Part shown: one piece after another, positions 62,331-64,000 of the stretch | Numbering within the stretch: position 1 is the stretch's first letter | How the letters are laid out: every line of letters begins with the position of its first letter | Assembly: GCA_047631715.1 (NCBI GenBank) | Contig: JBLICC010000001.1 | Coordinates: 20,012 to 84,011 of the forward strand | Length of the DNA: 64,000 nucleotides | Direction of reading: 5' to 3' | DNA from: Alteromonas naphthalenivorans | GTDB taxonomy: Bacteria > Babelota > Babeliae > Babelales > CAIQNR01 | Position numbers and translations under genes: made by a program | The notes under the pieces: generated by a model | Database searches by the model: none | Told to the model about the DNA's origin: nothing | What the model saw: the letters and a program-made list of their open reading frames with translations, nothing else

Positions 62331-64000
62331 TTAAGAAAAACTTGCTCGTATTTGTTTTACTATTCCCCTTTCTTCTTACCGCACAAGATCATCAAACAGA
62401 GTTTATAAAAAGTTTTGTAACACATTATGATTTTTCTCCAGAAGGGCGCTACACTCACGAGTATCATCCTTTTTTACTCAAGCAAACACGTGCAGGATTA
62501 GAGAAGTTTGAATCTTTTTTAGATACACGTGGGTTTGATATTCAAGACCGTATTATAATTATGGGCTATCAACAAGAGGGTGTTCCTAGCTATTATTCTA
62601 ATAATAACGCACATATTATTGATGATGAAATTTCGTTAAAGACAAAAAAGGGACGTATTGTTCCGGCTCATAATATTTTTGGTTTTTTAACTGGGTTCTT
62701 ATTAAAAGATTGTAACTGGCTTCAAAAGAAATGGTTTTTAGATGAACCGTTATTAATAGAACATATACAACCTGAGCGTGTAGAGCTTTTCGATGACCAG
62801 GCATATTTGTTTCAAAAACATGCATTTGGAAGCAACTTTGGAGACATTCTTGCGGGCCGTAATAGCATAGAAAAAAGTTTAAAGAATCGTACTATTACAC
62901 AAACGTTGCAGCAACTTACTTTTTTTTGGGAACAAGCCTATAACAAAGAATTAAAAAGTTGTGGGCAAGAAGTGCTGGCAACACAAGACATTTTATTCTC
63001 TGTTGATTATGCAAAGCATCTAACTAAGACGAAAATTCCTGTAAAGAAAATGTATGTAGGTCCTGACATTACCTATCCAATAGAAGTTTTACCTTTTCAA
63101 GAACAAGCAGTTACTGAATCTGCACAGTATTTTGTTAAACAGTTTACATCAACATTGCAAGCGCGTGATAATAAAAAGACAGCTTATGTATTTTGTAGTT
63201 TTGTTGATGGAGTAGGCAAAAGTACTCTTTTGGGTAATGTTATTAACTATGCGCAACATGGTGATAACATTAAAAATTATGAACGTGTTGATAATTCATC
63301 TTCGCAACGAGGAACATTGTATTCATTAGAAGACGATGTTTTTATTATGGATCTTCCTGCGCAACTAAGCCACTGGGTAAGTAAACCAGATGGGTATGTG
63401 TTTGTTGATGTTGGTTCTGTTAAAGAAGTAACTCAAACAGAACGGCATACTCTTGCCATACACTTAAAAGATGCATGTAAAAAATATATAAATAATTTTG
63501 AAAAGCGTTTACAATGCAAAAATCTTACTCAAAGTAATTATGATGTGTACGTTAAAAACGCGCAATTGTTTGATCCCGAAGATCGATGGATTCCATTTGA
63601 ACAGGGCGAGCATTTATTTTTGTTTAATGAGTATGACAATTCAAAAATAAAAATCTTAGTTCCTCTTGAGGGTGTTCATTCTCGAGGGTTAAAAACAGTG
63701 CAACCAGAACAAATGTTGTTTACTAAGGGATTATTACTGCCAATGCAATATGATGCATTTGTAGAAGATATTGCACAGCAATTTAAAACTGCAGGAATAG
63801 AAAAATTAGTTTTTGTAGATTTTTTGAGTATGTATCCTCGTTCTTCTCGAGAAAATGTGCGTATTAATTTTTTGATGCAGCAGTTACGAACATTGTTTCC
63901 TAATGAGTTTCGTGTACAAGAAAGTCTTTATAAATCATTTATAAATCGTGGCCCAGAGCTTTATCATCTTTTATCTCAGTTTCAATCAAATGTTACTCAA
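62327..64000 (+). CDS. Signal-peptide-bearing P-loop NTPase-like protein (3' end outside the window; not in the ORF track)
   Basis: ATG at 62327 overlaps the previous TGA. The frame is open for 558 codons to the window end. N-terminus MIKKNLLVFVLLFPFLLTAQD. Walker A-like FVDGVGKSTLLGN is at 63206-63226 (D-G-x-G-K-S-T, as in Tmk/dNK-type kinases). Confidence 0.55.
   Translation, partial: MIKKNLLVFVLLFPFLLTAQDHQTEFIKSFVTHYDFSPEGRYTHEYHPFLLKQTRAGLEKFESFLDTRGFDIQDRIIIMGYQQEGVPSYYSNNNAHIIDDEISLKTKKGRIVPAHNIFGFLTGFLLKDCNWLQKKWFLDEPLLIEHIQPERVELFDDQAYLFQKHAFGSNFGDILAGRNSIEKSLKNRTITQTLQQLTFFWEQAYNKELKSCGQEVLATQDILFSVDYAKHLTKTKIPVKKMYVGPDITYPIEVLPFQEQAVTESAQYFVKQFTSTLQARDNKKTAYVFCSFVDGVGKSTLLGNVINYAQHGDNIKNYERVDNSSSQRGTLYSLEDDVFIMDLPAQLSHWVSKPDGYVFVDVGSVKEVTQTERHTLAIHLKDACKKYINNFEKRLQCKNLTQSNYDVYVKNAQLFDPEDRWIPFEQGEHLFLFNEYDNSKIKILVPLEGVHSRGLKTVQPEQMLFTKGLLLPMQYDAFVEDIAQQFKTAGIEKLVFVDFLSMYPRSSRENVRINFLMQQLRTLFPNEFRVQESLYKSFINRGPELYHLLSQFQSNVTQ

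Overview
AT-rich bacterial chromosome segment. Genes are densely packed, Shine-Dalgarno sites are strong, and the tRNA genes encode their CCA ends. Recognisable housekeeping genes include FKBP isomerase, rpmE, prfA, a CNT/NupC nucleoside transporter, brnQ, ppsA, galU, pheS, dnaE, yebC, ruvB, a SEDS protein, uvrA and dtd, plus tRNA-Phe, tRNA-Pro and tRNA-His. Between them lie many orphan genes with an N-terminal signal peptide. This mix of import transporters and secreted orphans suggests a reduced, host-associated diderm, perhaps Dependentiae/TM6-like, but that is inference only. No rRNA, CRISPR array, transposase or integrase was seen. The standout region is a ~22 kb minus-strand block (25663-47924) between yebC-ruvB and dnaE. 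It holds ten tightly packed genes and one decayed copy. Seven intact paralogous right-handed beta-helix proteins surround a 775-aa protein that looks like an outer-membrane beta-barrel, and two large multi-jelly-roll proteins of 1214 and 691 aa close the block. All products have Sec-type signal peptides, and all beta-helix and jelly-roll proteins share an N-[IVF]-[SDI]-x strand at the extreme C-terminus. I propose this block as a candidate dedicated surface-display, adhesion or export system that I cannot assign to a described secretion type. Secondary observations:
- a dispersed ~45-nt intergenic repeat family;
- an orphan four-gene operon ending in a P-loop protein that carries a signal peptide;
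- an aaRS-core-only AsnA-like gene;
- a compact UvrA;
- tRNA-Phe directly upstream of pheS.
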